A DNA stretch of 57,961 bases, filler included, from Globobulimina sp. (GCA_003354225.1; 8 parts of 8 records of this genome joined end to end with filler, not necessarily neighbours in it); one strand, 5' to 3'. Counted from the first letter of the whole stretch, positions 25,253-39,567 are shown. Translations and numbers: made by a program. Notes: a model not told the origin generated them from the sequence alone.

Positions 25253-28200
25253 ATGTCAACTCTATGTTTTGTAATGTTGCTAATATTCAACTGTCATCAG
25301 ATTACGGTGCCTCAGAATGTATCATTCAGATCGTATTCACCATCATTACCAACGCAATTAGCTAATCACACTTCAGTAACATTCAATAACACAATCCATT
25401 TCATTGGCGGCGTTATCAACCATACCACACCAAACAAAAAGGTTTACACTTTATCATTCACAGCAAATCAACCAATTACCTCTAACAACAATGCATTTAT
25501 CGAACATGATATATTCCCGAACATATCTTTCGATATTTATCCAGGAATATCGTGCGGAACACAATGCTCTGTTCAAATTAACGAATTATTGTATATCGTA
25601 CAAGCCACAGACAGTCAAGGATTAGTTTTATTAATATATGATATGATTGCTACCAATTACCGAAACCTATCAACATATAATTACGTAGCAGATTGGCACA
25701 GCAGTTGGGCAGACACCCCACCAAATATTGGCTTAGGAGACACCTGTGTGGTTGCTGATGATGTTGGAGAATATTTATTTGTCATATCCTCCAAAAACCT
25801 TAGTCCAAACTTCTTAACTTATTCCATTCCTAATGATGAATGGGACAATTTTTGGGTTTCCTTTTTAAATGGTTGGATTGTTGGAAGAGGATGCTTTTTT
25901 TTTGATGCTTATTTGTACGCTTTAGGTGGCATAGAAACTGACGAATGGGACGGATCATATGGTACTGTGCTTAAATATATTGAAAAGGTAGATATGTTTG
26001 AGTATATTAATGAGATTAAAACATTAAAAACATGTAACTGGAATGCCGGCACTTCCTGTGCTGGTTCAGTCTTTGTACGCGGTGAATTAGCATTTGCGAG
26101 AAGCCATTTTAAGATTATACAGATCACAGAAAATTATTTTGCTATTTTTGGAGGAACCGCAGACAAAAACAATGATAAATATATGGAAATATTTAATGCC
26201 AATTCAGAGGAAATGTTGACCGCAGCAAATGGACCAATTGAAGTTAATTTCGATTTAAGTCACTTTGATGCAGTGTATTGGAATGATTACCTGCTGGTTT
26301 ATGGTGGCATTGACAGTGATGATAATGTGAAAGATGAAATATATTACATTGATACGAATACACTGCTCAGCAGCACTGAGAAAGTATTTGATTTTAGCTG
26401 TATCACCAGATATAATGTTGCGTCAACAAATAGGTCCATTGATGAGTATTTACTCAAATCAGGCGGAGTTGTCGCGGAAATTTTGGAGGAGGGTATGAGT
26501 GATTTTAAAATAAGTATTAATTCAGTGGCTTTGAGGGGTTTTTGGGTTTCTATGTCCAGATCAAATTTAAATGGTGGCTCCATTCAATATACCACTGTGG
26601 AAATTGAATTTGGTATCGAAAGCGTCGAAGAATTTTATTTTGAAGCAAATATGGAACAGATATCAGCTTTAAGGAATATTAATATGATGCATAATCGAAC
26701 AGTAATTTGGATGAGATGGGATGCTGAGATTGGACAAAGTGGCTACGCTGTTGATGTCCCATATTGGTATGTTTCTGGCATTATACATATTATGATTGTT
26801 ATCTTTGAATATATATAAATAGGAGGATGGGTTACGGCGATAAATATGATCGGTTCAATATGAGAGATTTTGAAACTCCGACCGATCCAAACAATGTCGG
26901 TTATCCACTGGTACGTATATTGTATACTTTTATATGTTTTAACACGCGGTTTATAATAATTTTATTATTGAATGTGTGCTAAATAGGACGCAGTTTTTAT
27001 GGCAGATGTGGTTTCTATGGAAGTATACAACGCATCATTCCAATTCTACACAGATTCATGCTCCATTGAATTGGAAATATTACAGATTGATATTAATATG
27101 CATTCATTCAATGTTGGTGATTACTTGGCATTTAATTGGAGTTTGCATGAAGCCACTTCCTTGAATGTACCAATAATAATTACCTGTGATCAAATGGTTG
27201 ATTTTGAATATAAAATGTACGTATTAGAGGATGCATGTTTATTATGTAAAGATAAGATCGATGATGAATGTTTGCAATGTGAGCAAGGAGTGGAGATTGC
27301 TGATTTAAAAACATATGATATTCGCAACAATGTATATGAAATATATGTCTCTTCCGAATTTGAGAACTTATACATTGCAAATAATCCAACCGTTTTATCC
27401 CGCAATATAATGGAAGTCGAGATATTTATGGACGTCGAAACCGGCTCATTATTTCCCAATGTTGACTTATTTATCACTGTAGTAATAGGCAATGTATCTG
27501 TGCCATCCCAGGCCAATGGCAGTATCACCATTACATTTGATCAAGATTTAGGTTTCGAAAATAATAACCAAGCCCTGCTATTCATTGATTTTTATAACGA
27601 ATCTTGTATTATCTTTTACAACGATGATATGTATGAGTCAATGGAGTGTTTGTTACCTATTCTTATTCCTGAAACAATGCACTTTAAACCAATAAAACAA
27701 AATAACTACGCAATCGCCATCGAATCAGATAACATAAATTTGATTGGAGATACATCCTTTTCCTTCAACAGGAAAGTGCAAACAATTGATATTTCATTCA
27801 GTAGTTCGTTGTATTTAGGACAAGTCATTCAAGTATTTTATACCATTTTGGATGATGAAATATATCAAAGCCTTTCTACCATCAATGTGGTGTCCAGCGG
27901 ATTTAAAATTGATTCAATCATTCGCATAGATCATGGTGCCAACTTAACCAATAATCCATGCGAAATAGAGACATTTGATGCGATCGCTGTGTGTGAATCT
28001 GGCATCGAATTACAAGCTGGCAATATCCAAGTGGTTGGGAGCAATATTAATTTATTATTGCAATCTGATGATACATATTTAGCATACAATACAAGCAATA
28101 TTTTGATTGATGAGTGTCCAGTGGGACTGGGCCTATCTGAAAATTCAAATCAATGTAGTGGTTGCGAAGAACATCAAGTGGGCATATTGAGGAATTCACA

Positions 28201-29001
28201 GTGTATGCTTTGTTCTGATATAACCGGTGTTGAATGCTTAGGTTCCTCGAATATCAAAGTTCAATTTAACCACTGGATTGCAGTCAATAACGGCATTTAT
28301 GATGAACAATATTTCCATGGATACAATAATGACGAAACAAATATGATTTCTGCTTTTTGTGCTTCTGGCATCTGCTGCCAACAAATTAATGGATGTATAT
28401 GGAATTTCACTCAATTGCAAAATACTGCTTTGTGTGCACCAAATCGCGATCCTACAGTCCCACTTTGCGGCGCCTGCTTGCCTGGATACAGTGAGGTGTT
28501 CGGGTCGAGTGCCTGCAAAGAATGTGATTCAAATCATTACGAATTGTTATTATATCCACTGTTGATATCATTATTGGTTATATTCGGCTTTATTTATTTT
28601 GAGAGCGATATCGCTCCAAAGCTGAATCAAACGCAAAAACAGGAAATCAATTATAAAAAATATTTAGCATTGGACGATTTAGCAGCTTTACAAATCTGTT
28701 TATTCCGAAGTTTGACTTACTTTTTCCAGGCGATAACATTTATTACTTTGCAAACCGGATTCTTCTTCTATTTGACTCCAGTTATGCGAATATTGGCATT
28801 TGACTTCGTATTTGAAAGTAATGACAGTGGAGCCGGCATTTGTTTTGTCAAAAATATGAAGTCCATCGAGGAAGAACTATGGGTGCTATTTTTTCCTGTT
28901 TGCATGTTTTTGTCTCTTGGAATATTCGCAATATTCAATTTTATTGTAAAACGAAAGTGTGACTTACAAAGTAACGAAACATATATGAAAATGAGCGAAA
29001 A
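25253..29001 (+). CDS. Large surface protein: signal peptide, Kelch repeats, beta-rich stalk, Cys-rich region and multi-TM segment; spliced, 3' truncated
   Basis: Kelch GG motifs (IHFIGG, LYALGG, AIFGG, LVYGG); Cys-rich CPVG..C..C and CAPNRDPTVPLCGACLPGYSEV..CKEC; TM helices follow. Two short introns at about 26768-26822 and 26912-26986. Confidence 0.7.
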
Positions 29002-29104
29002 NNNNNNNNNNNNNNNNNNNNNNNNNNNNNNNNNNNNNNNNNNNNTTAATTAATTAANNNNNNNNNNNNNNNNNNNNNNNNNNNNNNNNNNNNNNNNNNN
29101 NACT

Positions 29105-29177
29105 TTATTGCAAAAATACCTAATAAAATAGAAACGTTTTCTATTTTATTGCATAAATACCAAATAAAATAGAAACG
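29105..29177. repeat. Imperfect 33-nt direct repeat overlapping a palindrome
   Basis: tttattgcaaaaatacctaataaaatagaaacg / tttattgcataaataccaaataaaatagaaacg. The junction forms the inverted repeat aataaaatagaaa..tttctattttatt. Confidence 0.7.
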
Positions 29178-29459
29178 AAAAACACACACACGATTGGCTA
29201 AAACCTTAAAAAACTTAAAACAAATTGAATAATATACTATTACAGTAAAAAAACATGCTTCAGTCCTGTTTCCAAATCAAGGAATTCGATTCACAGTGAA
29301 ATTTCAAAAAATACAGTTTGTCAGTGTTTGAGATAAGTTGATGCTAAAAAAAAGAAAAAACTTTTCGAACTGAAAATTCAGTTGGTACTACTAATCGGAT
29401 AATCCTAATAATCATTAGTGGGAATAATAGTAAAGTGTTGAGCAGAAATAACAATAAAA

Positions 29460-29762
29460 ATGTCATCAACAACAGATCGGTATAATATTATGGCTCAATT
29501 AGAGCATTTGCAATCAAAATACGTAGGAACAGGACATGCTGATATTACCAAACATGAATGGTTACAAAACCAACATAGAGACTCTTATGCATCGTACATT
29601 GGACACCAATCAATGTTGCATTATTTTGCAATTGCTGAAAATGAATCAATTGGCAGAATGAAATACAAGTTTTTACAACGAATGGTTGCGCCATGTGGTG
29701 TGGACGGAGCTGATTCAAAAAAGAATGATCCGCAACAGCAACAACCACCGCAAAAGCAATAA
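29460..29762 (+). CDS. SF3B5: Splicing factor 3B subunit 5 (SF3b10)
   Basis: DRYNIMAQLEHLQSKYVGTGHADITKHEWLQNQHRDSYASYIGH...AIAENESIGR..M..PCG is the characteristic SF3B5 sequence. Confidence 0.97.
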   Translation: MSSTTDRYNIMAQLEHLQSKYVGTGHADITKHEWLQNQHRDSYASYIGHQSMLHYFAIAENESIGRMKYKFLQRMVAPCGVDGADSKKNDPQQQQPPQKQ

Positions 29763-30150
29763 TTTATAATTATTCATTCCATTGTTTCACGTAAGGACTC
29801 CTTGCTCTGTTTGTTTGTTTGTATCCTTGCACTATTTACCAATAATAATCAACAAGCTACTAAATACTTCAGAGTCTTAGTAAAACGTAGCGTTGGTGGG
29901 TCGTCGCACCGAACAAAGGCACTTTTATTACTGCACTTCATAATGCGGTCTGATTGGTGCACACCAAATAGTGCGGACAAATATTGCGGACCAAATAGTG
30001 CATTGAAAATTTATCATTTTATATGTGTTTCAAACAAGAATTAATTGTATTCACTAAGCCAACCAATAAATAAACGTACACTTCAAAGTAGGATAGTATT
30101 AGCATTAATAATATATATACAAAAAAAAACAATTTTATTATGCATTAATA

Positions 30151-33100
30151 TCATGGACCTCTTCCCCCGCTGCTCATACTATCTATTCTTGTCATTCTTG
30201 TCATTTCAACTCCGATGCTACTGTCAGCAATATCGAGTTTTGGTGGTGAATTAGTGGTATAATTTGTAATCGATGGTGCTGTTATCATATTTTTATCTGT
30301 GGTTTGTGCGGTGTCTGTATTTGATCTGACTGATCCAGAGAGACGAGCCCTATCTAATGAAGCAGTTTGCCTTTGCCTCACTGTATTCGTATTCGTATTC
30401 GATCTGACTGACCCAGAACGATGCGATGTATCTCTTAACGAACCAGTTCTTGATGGTACTTTACCATATCCTAAACCCGCAATATTTGACCTATATGTCA
30501 AACATAACGCTAATAAACAAATTAAATGGGTTACAACATCAAAAAATCTCCAATAAATATTCAAATCTGCATCGAAATATGCAAAATAGATCGTTAATCC
30601 AGACTGAATGATAAAAAATAATGACAATGCACCGATAATAAACACCAATTTATATTCAGCAAATCTCGCATTTTTCAATGCTTCTTGGTCCCGCATTATC
30701 TGACTGCCACCAACCATTTTATTTGAGCGATGAACTAAACACAAAACCTTTAAACCATAAAATAAAAATAAAATTGACGATATTGTCATTAATAAACACC
30801 ATATTATTTCGCCAACAGACACTACAGAATTACTAATATTATTTGAAGGAAGTAATAATAAAAATATTAGGACAAAAAATATTACACAAATAACCACATT
30901 CAAAACTTTTAAAAATAATTTAAATCGTGCTATCGTTGTCGTTTTTGACTTCATTGAATGAGCAATATTTATCCATGAAAATAAAACTATGGTAAACACC
31001 ATATAATAAAATGCCAATGGCAATAATATCAATACAGTTAACACTGCGATATGAAATGATTCATTTTTAATACGACCGCCATTATTAATTGGTTGATTAC
31101 TAAAAATATATAACTCCAAACACGTAAAACATTGTATTAATGACAAGAATGCAATAACGGATACGATCTGAACTGCAGTCTCAACAAATAACGCTTTTAA
31201 AGGGAAACCTCGAAATATTTTGAGTCGTAATATATGGAATAATGCCCATAAAATGATACATAAAAATAACATCGCAAATACTGCATTAAAAACAAAAAAT
31301 AATTCATCATCAAAATATGATAATGCTGCACTGTTACACTCATCATTCAAATCACGAATGGTTGCAAATGTGGTCAAATGGCTGCATGTACACCATATTT
31401 CCCCTCCGTTTTGTCGATAAAACGTGGTGGTACACCCACTTGAATCCCATTGCTGAGTGACTTCATTGTACCATACACAAACTACAGTGTCATTTGGCGA
31501 CATACCCTCAAATACCATGGTGATCTCTGCTGATGACGCATTTGTTGAATCTAAAATGGTGACTGATATTTCTTCGCCATCCAATGTTCCAACGTTTGAT
31601 AGACATTCATCTGTGCCATAATATGAGATATTGGATGTCGAATTTACTGATATTCCAAATAAAATCACATCTGAGTTTGAATTATTTGTGTTTAACATAA
31701 TTTCAATCTCATTTATAACAGTGCTCAATGTGTCGTTGTCATGTCTTATTGTAAATAATTCAAAGTTCGCAAATGTTATATTCACGGTTTCCGTGGGTAT
31801 GGTGGTGGATATTGCAGTCAGTCCGGATAAATATAGCACTCTCTCCATAAATAATAGCATCGTTTTGATAGAAATATCCGATGATAAAATAACCGCTTTA
31901 TCCATACTTGAATACTTTGATAGAAAGTCAACCAAATCATTGATTAACCCATATAATAAACGAAAATTGTCAGCATCTGTTACCATGGCAGATAATGTCG
32001 ATGTTATATCGATCTCTTGATACAAAACTAAAGCTTGATTGGTAATGATTGATATTTGAGATACAGACAAATCATTCAATGACTGTATCCCTCTTAAAGT
32101 GCCACATGCGTCCAATGATTGCGTCAATAAATCATACATCGCAGCAAAATAATCCATCTCTTCCGTTTCCAATAATTTTTTAATAAATGCATAGTTGACA
32201 TTGAGCCATGACCATAATATCTGCGATAACTGGACCACAAACATATGATTTTCATCACAGAAATCAAAATATGATGAATTATAATGTTCTATTAACACAT
32301 CCATTACTTGTTTAACATGGTTATATGCACAATTATCAGCTTGCATATTTGGTAAATAGTTCAATAAACTTATGGAGGTTTGGAAAATATAACGATTAAT
32401 TTCTGAATTTGTTTTCATTCCGGAGGCAATGAAGTTATTTATAACGGACTGAAATGAAAAACAATTTGTAGCATCATTGGTATCTAATATCTGAGTACAA
32501 CAACTAATCGAATCTGAAGCAGTCGCGCCCTCAAAATCGGTGACATGAGACCAGACAGAAAAATTACAATCAATTGGAAATATCACTTGATTTAAATAAG
32601 GCTCAGTCAATGAATATGAATGTAAATATATTCTATCACCATTTTTTAGTTCTAAATCAAAATCATAAATCAAAGGTACATAATCACCATCGGATTGCAC
32701 TCGAAGGTCAAGAAAATATCGCAATGAATCGATGAAATAATTAAATTGTTTATTGCAAATTGGATTTGTTTGCAAACTATTTTCAATGATTAATGGTGGC
32801 GATTTAACATAGATTAATATGGATGCGGCTGCACTTTGAATATCAGCATTATTGGAATAAATAAATAACTTAAATTCATAAAAAAAACCCGGTTTCAAAG
32901 TGTTTGATTCTAATATTAAATAAATTGAATTTTCGGCATTTACGCGATATTTATTGATGTCCTCTGTTGTTACTTTATTCGTAATCTCTGTCCATTGATA
33001 ATTTAATTTGTTTAATATATTTTCTTCTAAATCTGCGCCGTGAATATATTGTATGTCACCAAGTAATCTCAACCGGTCATCCACATTGATTGAGGTCGCC

Positions 33101-36100
33101 GTCGCTGATATGGACACTATCACAGATGGGGCATTGTTGGCGTTGTTTTGTGTGATATTTAATTCAATTTCTATCATAGATACACAAATATCACGTGATA
33201 GCACCTTTGCATCGCGTACAGTTAATATAAATTGATAAGGATATATTTCATTGGCAATGAATGTGTCGTTTTCATTGAAGAATATGTCAATGATTGGTGA
33301 TGATAATGCAGGTAATATAATATCATCACATTCTGTGTGTAACACATTACATTCCCAGCCATATAGTAATACATTGTCATCGGGGTCGTGTGTCCATTGA
33401 TTACCAATTAATTGTAAACTTAAGGCAGTAGTACGTGAATTAAACAGTGGAATTTGTATTGTATTGACTGTATAATAATAGATCGGCCAACAAATAATAG
33501 GTATGATTTTCAGGTATGTTCGTACATGACATATTTTAATATATTTGCCTCGTACATGATATTCAGAAACAGAAACATACACAAAACATCGCAAAAACTA
33601 TTTATATATATTTCTGTTTCTGTACATAAATTCGCTATGTTTCTGTTTCTGAATATCATGTACAAATCGTACCTATTTATTATTTAATTCATGTGCTACG
33701 TACCTTAATACATCAATTTGTGATATTTGTAAAGCAATATTTCTGTTTCCTCCACTAATTTGACATTCAATGTCAGAATATTTATACATTAATGATAATG
33801 TGTCAGATATAAAACAGTCATAATTACCACTACATTCAATCTCTAATTTAAATACATAATTTACACCTTTTTGTAACAATGTGCTGACATCCAACATTAA
33901 ATAATTATTATTTTGTCCTGCTACAAATGACAACAAGTCATTATATTTGCTGTTATCCAAACTTTCACCAACAACGACATCAAATGCTAGCATACTCCAT
34001 GAATATGTCAAAGACAATGATAACAAAGTGTTATTTGTCATATTTAAACACGAATCGATGAAAGATACAATGCCTTCAATTTGGATTTTATCCGAATATG
34101 CATCGAATATTCTCGGTCCATGCACAAATAATTTAGGAATCGCTTTGGATGATTTAGTAATAGCACCACTTGCATAATAACCTGTGGCTCCATACCATGA
34201 TGTCACAAATATATTATATGAAATATTTGAGCCTGGTTCAATATAATTACTATCAACTTCTACCATATATGTATCGTTAAATACATATGTTACAATATCA
34301 TTGATCATAATTTCCCATTTAATTTCTTCCGCTGTTCTTCCTCCTAAATTTGAGACACTTGCATCTAATAACAATGAATCACAGATTCCAATCTCATTTA
34401 ATTGTGGATTGATGAGTGATATTAATGGCACCGGCGGATTTAATGCAGCTTCGACATTAAATGATTGTTTTTCATTTAACGCAATAAAAAGTATATTATT
34501 GTCACTCCACTCAAATGTGGCACTGTTGATGGTCATTGTATCGTTGATTTGGATGGTAGAGGATGCGGATAATATGATTTTAATACTTTTGAACAATGAA
34601 CTCCATAAACACACAGAATCACGTAATAATATATTGGTGGAAGGGTCGAATATTTGTGTACAAAGTGATGGTGTCAATGGATGTATCGCAGCAACCTTGA
34701 GATCAATATAGATTTCAAAATATGAATCACTGAAAATGCTTCTGATCACAGCATCAAATATCTGTTGTATATAAATGAAATATTAACATGTTAACAACAA
34801 CTCAGTCGGATCTGTACAAATAACATTCAAAAAAGAAGTTTTTTCGGTGATTAAAAATGATCAAAGATATCATACTTGATGTTGTTGGGTCAGATGTTGT
34901 TGGAGTTGATGTTGTTGGATTAGAGGTTGTTGGATTTGCTGTTGTTGGGTCCGATGTCGTTGGATTTGCTGTTGTTGGAGTTGACGTTGTCGGATTTGAC
35001 GTTGTCGGATTTGCGGTTGTTGGGTCCGATGTTATTGGCGCTGCGGTCCAATGTATTTTAATAAATAATGAAGCAGCCAATAAATGAACATTCCTATCAT
35101 TATTTGTAAACTTGATGACAAAATGAGGGTCGACCACTTGTGATAAACTGATATGTAAAGCAGTAAAATTGTATGTTTGTATAGGTGAATAACATGAAAC
35201 ATCACTACCACACGGATTACCCCACCAATAATCGGTACTATCGAATGAACTGCTCGTCCACGTCCATAATATTGAGCCATTCACTGAATCAGAATCAATC
35301 ATTAATTGTAAAGATGAAGCAACTCCGCCACTATAACCCCATAAATATTGATACTGAAATTGAATAACATCAATATTCCTCAACGGATTTAATAAACAGT
35401 ACTGTGATACAGCATAACTAATTTGAGCAGGATTCCCAGATCGCAGTGAGGGCACCGCAGTGTTAGTGGTCTCCACATTAGCTCCGCCTAAATAGCTCCA
35501 ATCATTACCCTCAATTATATCCGTGGTCGGTATAATTGTGCCACTGTCACCCACTCCGATATCAACACAGTGCCTCGTGTTTGGTGAGGGAGTGCTTGGA
35601 TATTCTGTAATATTCACCCAATTGACTTTAATCAACAATGAAGACGCTAATAAATGAACGTTTCTATCGTTGTTCCAAAATCTTATGGAAAAATGTGGCG
35701 CTGTAAACTGAGATATGTTAATATCTAAATTTCGAAATATTTGAGATTGAACAGGCGAATAACAACCAAGGCCACCACTGCAGGAATCCCATGAATAAGA
35801 AGCATCGTCGAATGCGTTACTGGTCCAACTCCAAATAGTTTGGTCGTGTTTCGCTGTGTGAGTTGATTCAAGAATCAATTGCAAAAATGGTGCAATTCCA
35901 GTGGTATAACCCCAGGAATATTGAAAATCAAATTTAATTGTTTTAATGCTTGCGAATGGATTTAAAAAACAATGTGTAGAAATGGCGTGGGTTACATTAT
36001 CCGGAGGATCACCGGATCGTATTATTTCAAGCGGAGTACCACTGCGCGATGCACCATTCTCATAATCCCAATCTGCGCCAGAACTTACATTTGTAGTTGG

Positions 36101-36241
36101 GATTATTGTCGTATTTTCACTTTCTGCAACATTGGTACATGATTGATAATAACTATAAGTTGGAGGGACTGTCGGTGGGTCAGTGGGTGGTGGCGCATAA
36201 CCCAAAATAAAATATGTACACAAAAGGAGAAGCGTTGCCAT
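30151..36241 (-). CDS. Adhesion-GPCR/polycystin-like receptor: signal peptide, two tandem novel domains, mucin stalk, REJ-like region, GAIN/GPS and 7TM; spliced
   Basis: Signal peptide MATLLLLCTYFILG; REJ-like ICDSLLLDAS..GGR, DPD..YGWEC, LKPGFFYEFKL; GPS CVWYNE..WDSSGC..CTCSHLTTFA; seven hydrophobic helices. Three ORFs are separated by introns near 34762-34875 and 33419-33703 (the first is not cleanly resolved). Confidence 0.82.
33496..33677. mobile_element. MITE-like foldback element inside an intron of the adhesion receptor gene
   Basis: Perfect 28-bp inverted repeat 33552-33579 / 33636-33663, plus an outer 14-bp inverted repeat with one mismatch (33496-33509 / 33664-33677). The intron is much longer than most others in the window. 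Confidence 0.55.
34877..35036 (-). repeat. 15-nt coding tandem repeat encoding PTT(S/A)(N/D/T), a mucin-like stalk
   Basis: ITSDPTTANPTTSNPTTSTPTTANPTTSDPTT... in ORF 34802-36241. Confidence 0.9.
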
Positions 36242-36352
36242 GTGTCTATTGGNNNNNNNNNNNNNNNNNNNNNNNNNNNNNNNNNNNNNNNNNNNNTTAA
36301 TTAATTAANNNNNNNNNNNNNNNNNNNNNNNNNNNNNNNNNNNNNNNNNNNN

Positions 36353-36471
36353 TTGATATTGCTTTCAGTAATCATCACGGTATTGAATATGAGATATTGA
36401 GTCAGTAAATACTTCCTTTTAAAGTTTACGTTTTTTCCAGATTTCAGAAAAACCTCAAGCTTCCTCAAAAT
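36353..36471 (+). repeat. 119-nt exact direct repeat, copy 1 (contig start)
   Basis: ttgatattgctttcagtaatc...cttcctcaaaat, identical to 43380-43498. Confidence 0.97.
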
Positions 36472-36532
36472 CAATAACCGCTCAGTCAAGAAACAAACAA
36501 ACTGCTCAGTCAAGCCACGCGTTCAAGTCACG

Positions 36533-39500
36533 ATGAGTGATTCCGATGATGAGAAAGATTATGTGGAAGGAATACATGTTCCATCCGACAAATATCATTT
36601 CCCACCAAATACCGTTTTTGATAATCACATCAAAAGTGGACCCATCAGAACAGCAGCAAATCGTGGCAAATTATCGAGTGAGACAATTGCAGCAATTGCT
36701 GCGTTATTAAAAACAAATATGATCCTTCCTTATGGAAACAGGAAAGGATTCAACGACGACCTCCAATGTATCAATGATGCATACCACAAAGCCTTAGCTT
36801 TTGAGGCGTCACATCCTGACACGCCACGACCAGATCACACCGACATCCAACAATTACTCGCCATTGAAACATGGTTCGAAAATGGATTAACAGGGAGAAA
36901 ACAGAAAAATTGGGAAACGCGCAATGGTTTACACAATGCCGAAGACACTGTGAATGCGTGGATATTCCCAAACCCTCCACAAGAACCTCGAGTTCGTGCA
37001 CGAGATGAAAACAGCTCGGATTCGGGGATTGAGTCTGACAAAGAAGAGGCTGTCGCATCAAACGATGAGGATGAGAATGAGGAGAAAGCGGAAGGAAAAG
37101 AGGATTATTTCAGTATACAATCAGAAACGATTGAAATTGAAATTGAAAGCGATTCGAATGAGGAGATTGAGAATGATGAGAATCAGAACAATCAGAATAT
37201 TCGAGAAAATTTCAAAGATTCGAAATTTGTAAAAAGTGCATTGGCATCGAAGTATGAGAAGGATTGGACGCAACGCTTGAAAGCTACCATCGATTACAGA
37301 TCGGGAATGGTAACAAATATTGCAAAGCATCGCAAATTAAAAAGGATAACCTATGACGCTGTCCGTGGCGAAGCAAATGCATACAATCATCGAATGTGTC
37401 AATATCTCATAAATTTTCGCGTCTATCATCATTTACCGCCATCATATAAGAAATTTGGCCGTTTATTAGGTTTAGAAGATAAAAAATTAAAATCTACGGT
37501 GATTGACACATATGTTAAGCAATTCACATTTTTACAAAACAAGAAATTTATAAATAAGGCAGGAAAACGGATTAAATCCTATGATTTTATTCCCAATGAA
37601 TTATATCACTGTAAAAAAGGAAAAATAAAAGAAAAAAGCAAACAAAAAGCATCCAAGAAACGAGGTTATTCGGATTGGGATGAATTAGCATCTCTTGGTC
37701 CAAAACCTAAGAAACGAAAGACATCGGTCTTAGTTTTGAAGGATGATGATACCACCTCCGATATTGAGGAAATACCCGCACATAAAAAACATACACCACC
37801 ACAACCGAGTTATATTAAAGAGATTATCGCAAATCAGAATGAATTGGCGATGAGTGTGGCTGTCCTAACATCGAAAGCGGAGCAAAAATCGAACGCTTCC
37901 CCGCAAAAACAGTCCGTAAACGAAATGCTAAACTCAAATAAGCGGGGTATTCATCGTTGGAGTCGTGAATATTACGTAAATAAAACAACGCATGGCTTCG
38001 AATTAATCGCCGACAAAACAACAGAATATCAACGCGATTCGAGCCATGAAGACTTATATCAGAGGATGGTGAATAGGAAGAGAAAAAATAAGGATTTGGT
38101 GGGTGATTTACAAGGTAAGTTGGGTCTGATCCCTTTTATCATGTGAGTCCGGTGAATAATACGCTTATTCACAACTTTTTTGTGTGACTTTGGGTGCTTC
38201 TTTGTGCGGCACATAGAATGTATACAAAAATAGTTTGTTTGGAGTGAAACGTTTTTGTGTGATTTTCTGTGTTTGTTTCACCCTATTTTTCCAAATCCGG
38301 CCCCCCTTTTTCCTTTTCTTTCAGTGTTCCGACAATGATATATATGGTCAGATTGCTTCGAAGGTGAACGGTATTCCTAACTTAACTTTCGAGCACGAGA
38401 CCAATGCTAAAAAATACTGGTCAATACATATAATATGCACCATAGATACCATGTATTTTAGCACGATGACCGAATTAAAATGGTCATTTTTTCTCATACC
38501 AATGCCAATAAATTAACCTTGTTTGTATACTCTCAGAGGATGATTCGGAGGACAGTGACGATTCTGATTCGTATAAAAAGAAAAAGAAACACAAAACATC
38601 GAAATTGGACAAGAAATATCGGTCTCATACAGAGTTTATATTGTTTCTTTGGCGAATGCGTCCGAAAAAGTTCACGGATATTATGTTAGATATCATCCGT
38701 TACGCTCAAAGGACCCAAAATTTAACGAGAGCAGATATCAATACATCGATTAATAATATTTTCAAAGAAAAATCAAATATATTTGCTTTAATAACCGAGG
38801 TAAAGAGACTTTTAAATCTATGGTCCCTTTATTTGACTAACTATCAATCAGTAATCACTGTAAAATTGCAAGCTGTGTATACAAAGAAAACAATTTCTTG
38901 TAAACCATCGCGCGAAATCGAGTGTTATTTGAGGATGTTATCGGTGGCAATAAATGATTGGACTCAATTTGAAATAATCACAAAAACGTTAGTCGACGAT
39001 CCAGAGATTGATGAACATTTATTTTATGTATTTCTAAACAAATCATTCAGAAAATCATATGACAAAAAGACATCGATCATTATTGATGTCCAAGACACCC
39101 ATTTACGCCAACAATTGAATTTGGAGAAAAGGGACTCGTCAAAATGTGATGAATTATGGTTGCAACGTGTTTTTAACGACTATGATCATGTCAAATTTTT
39201 AAAAACACAGAAACATTTAAATACGACGCCATCAAATACCGCATCATCAAACAAGGAAAGCATCATAAAGGAATTTGGGACAATTCCAAAACGACCAACA
39301 TTCAAAAGAAATGGTCTAAGTCCCAAAGAGAGACAAGACCGAGCCAAACGTTTCAGAAATTGGATAGAAACAACACGGCCGGCTTTAAAACAGGAATTTC
39401 AATCGAAATTGAATGGTGGTTACTGTGCAGCTCATCATATGGATAATGAATTTTGTCGAGTAAAAAATGGGAGAGAATGTAGAGCAGGAAATAAAACAAG

Positions 39501-39567
39501 AAAACATGAATGTATTTGTGGTTCATTTAGCCATACAATCTCTCAGTGCAAATCTATTTTTGCCTGA
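36533..39567 (+). CDS. Gag-like protein, predicted spliced (exons 36533-38114 and 38537-39567; 870 aa)
   Basis: Donor CAAG|gtaagt at 38115 and acceptor ctcag|AG at 38536 join the 537-aa and 320-aa ORFs in frame (…DLQ-E-DDSEDSDDSDSYKKKKKH…). The C-terminal Cys/His motif C-x9-C-x7-C-x8-H-x-C-x-C-x4-H-x4-C resembles YR-retroelement gag fingers. Confidence 0.7.

Noticed and set aside
34857-35087. Val/Gly-rich plus-strand ORF; possible CRISPR-like array
   Set aside because: It is the antisense of the PTT coding repeat, with no unique spacers and no cas genes.
38235-38516. 93-aa ORF or internal exon between ORF1 and ORF2
   Set aside because: T-rich, intron-like composition. The acceptor at 38324 hits a stop when joined to the 38115 donor. 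Not excluded as a minor exon.
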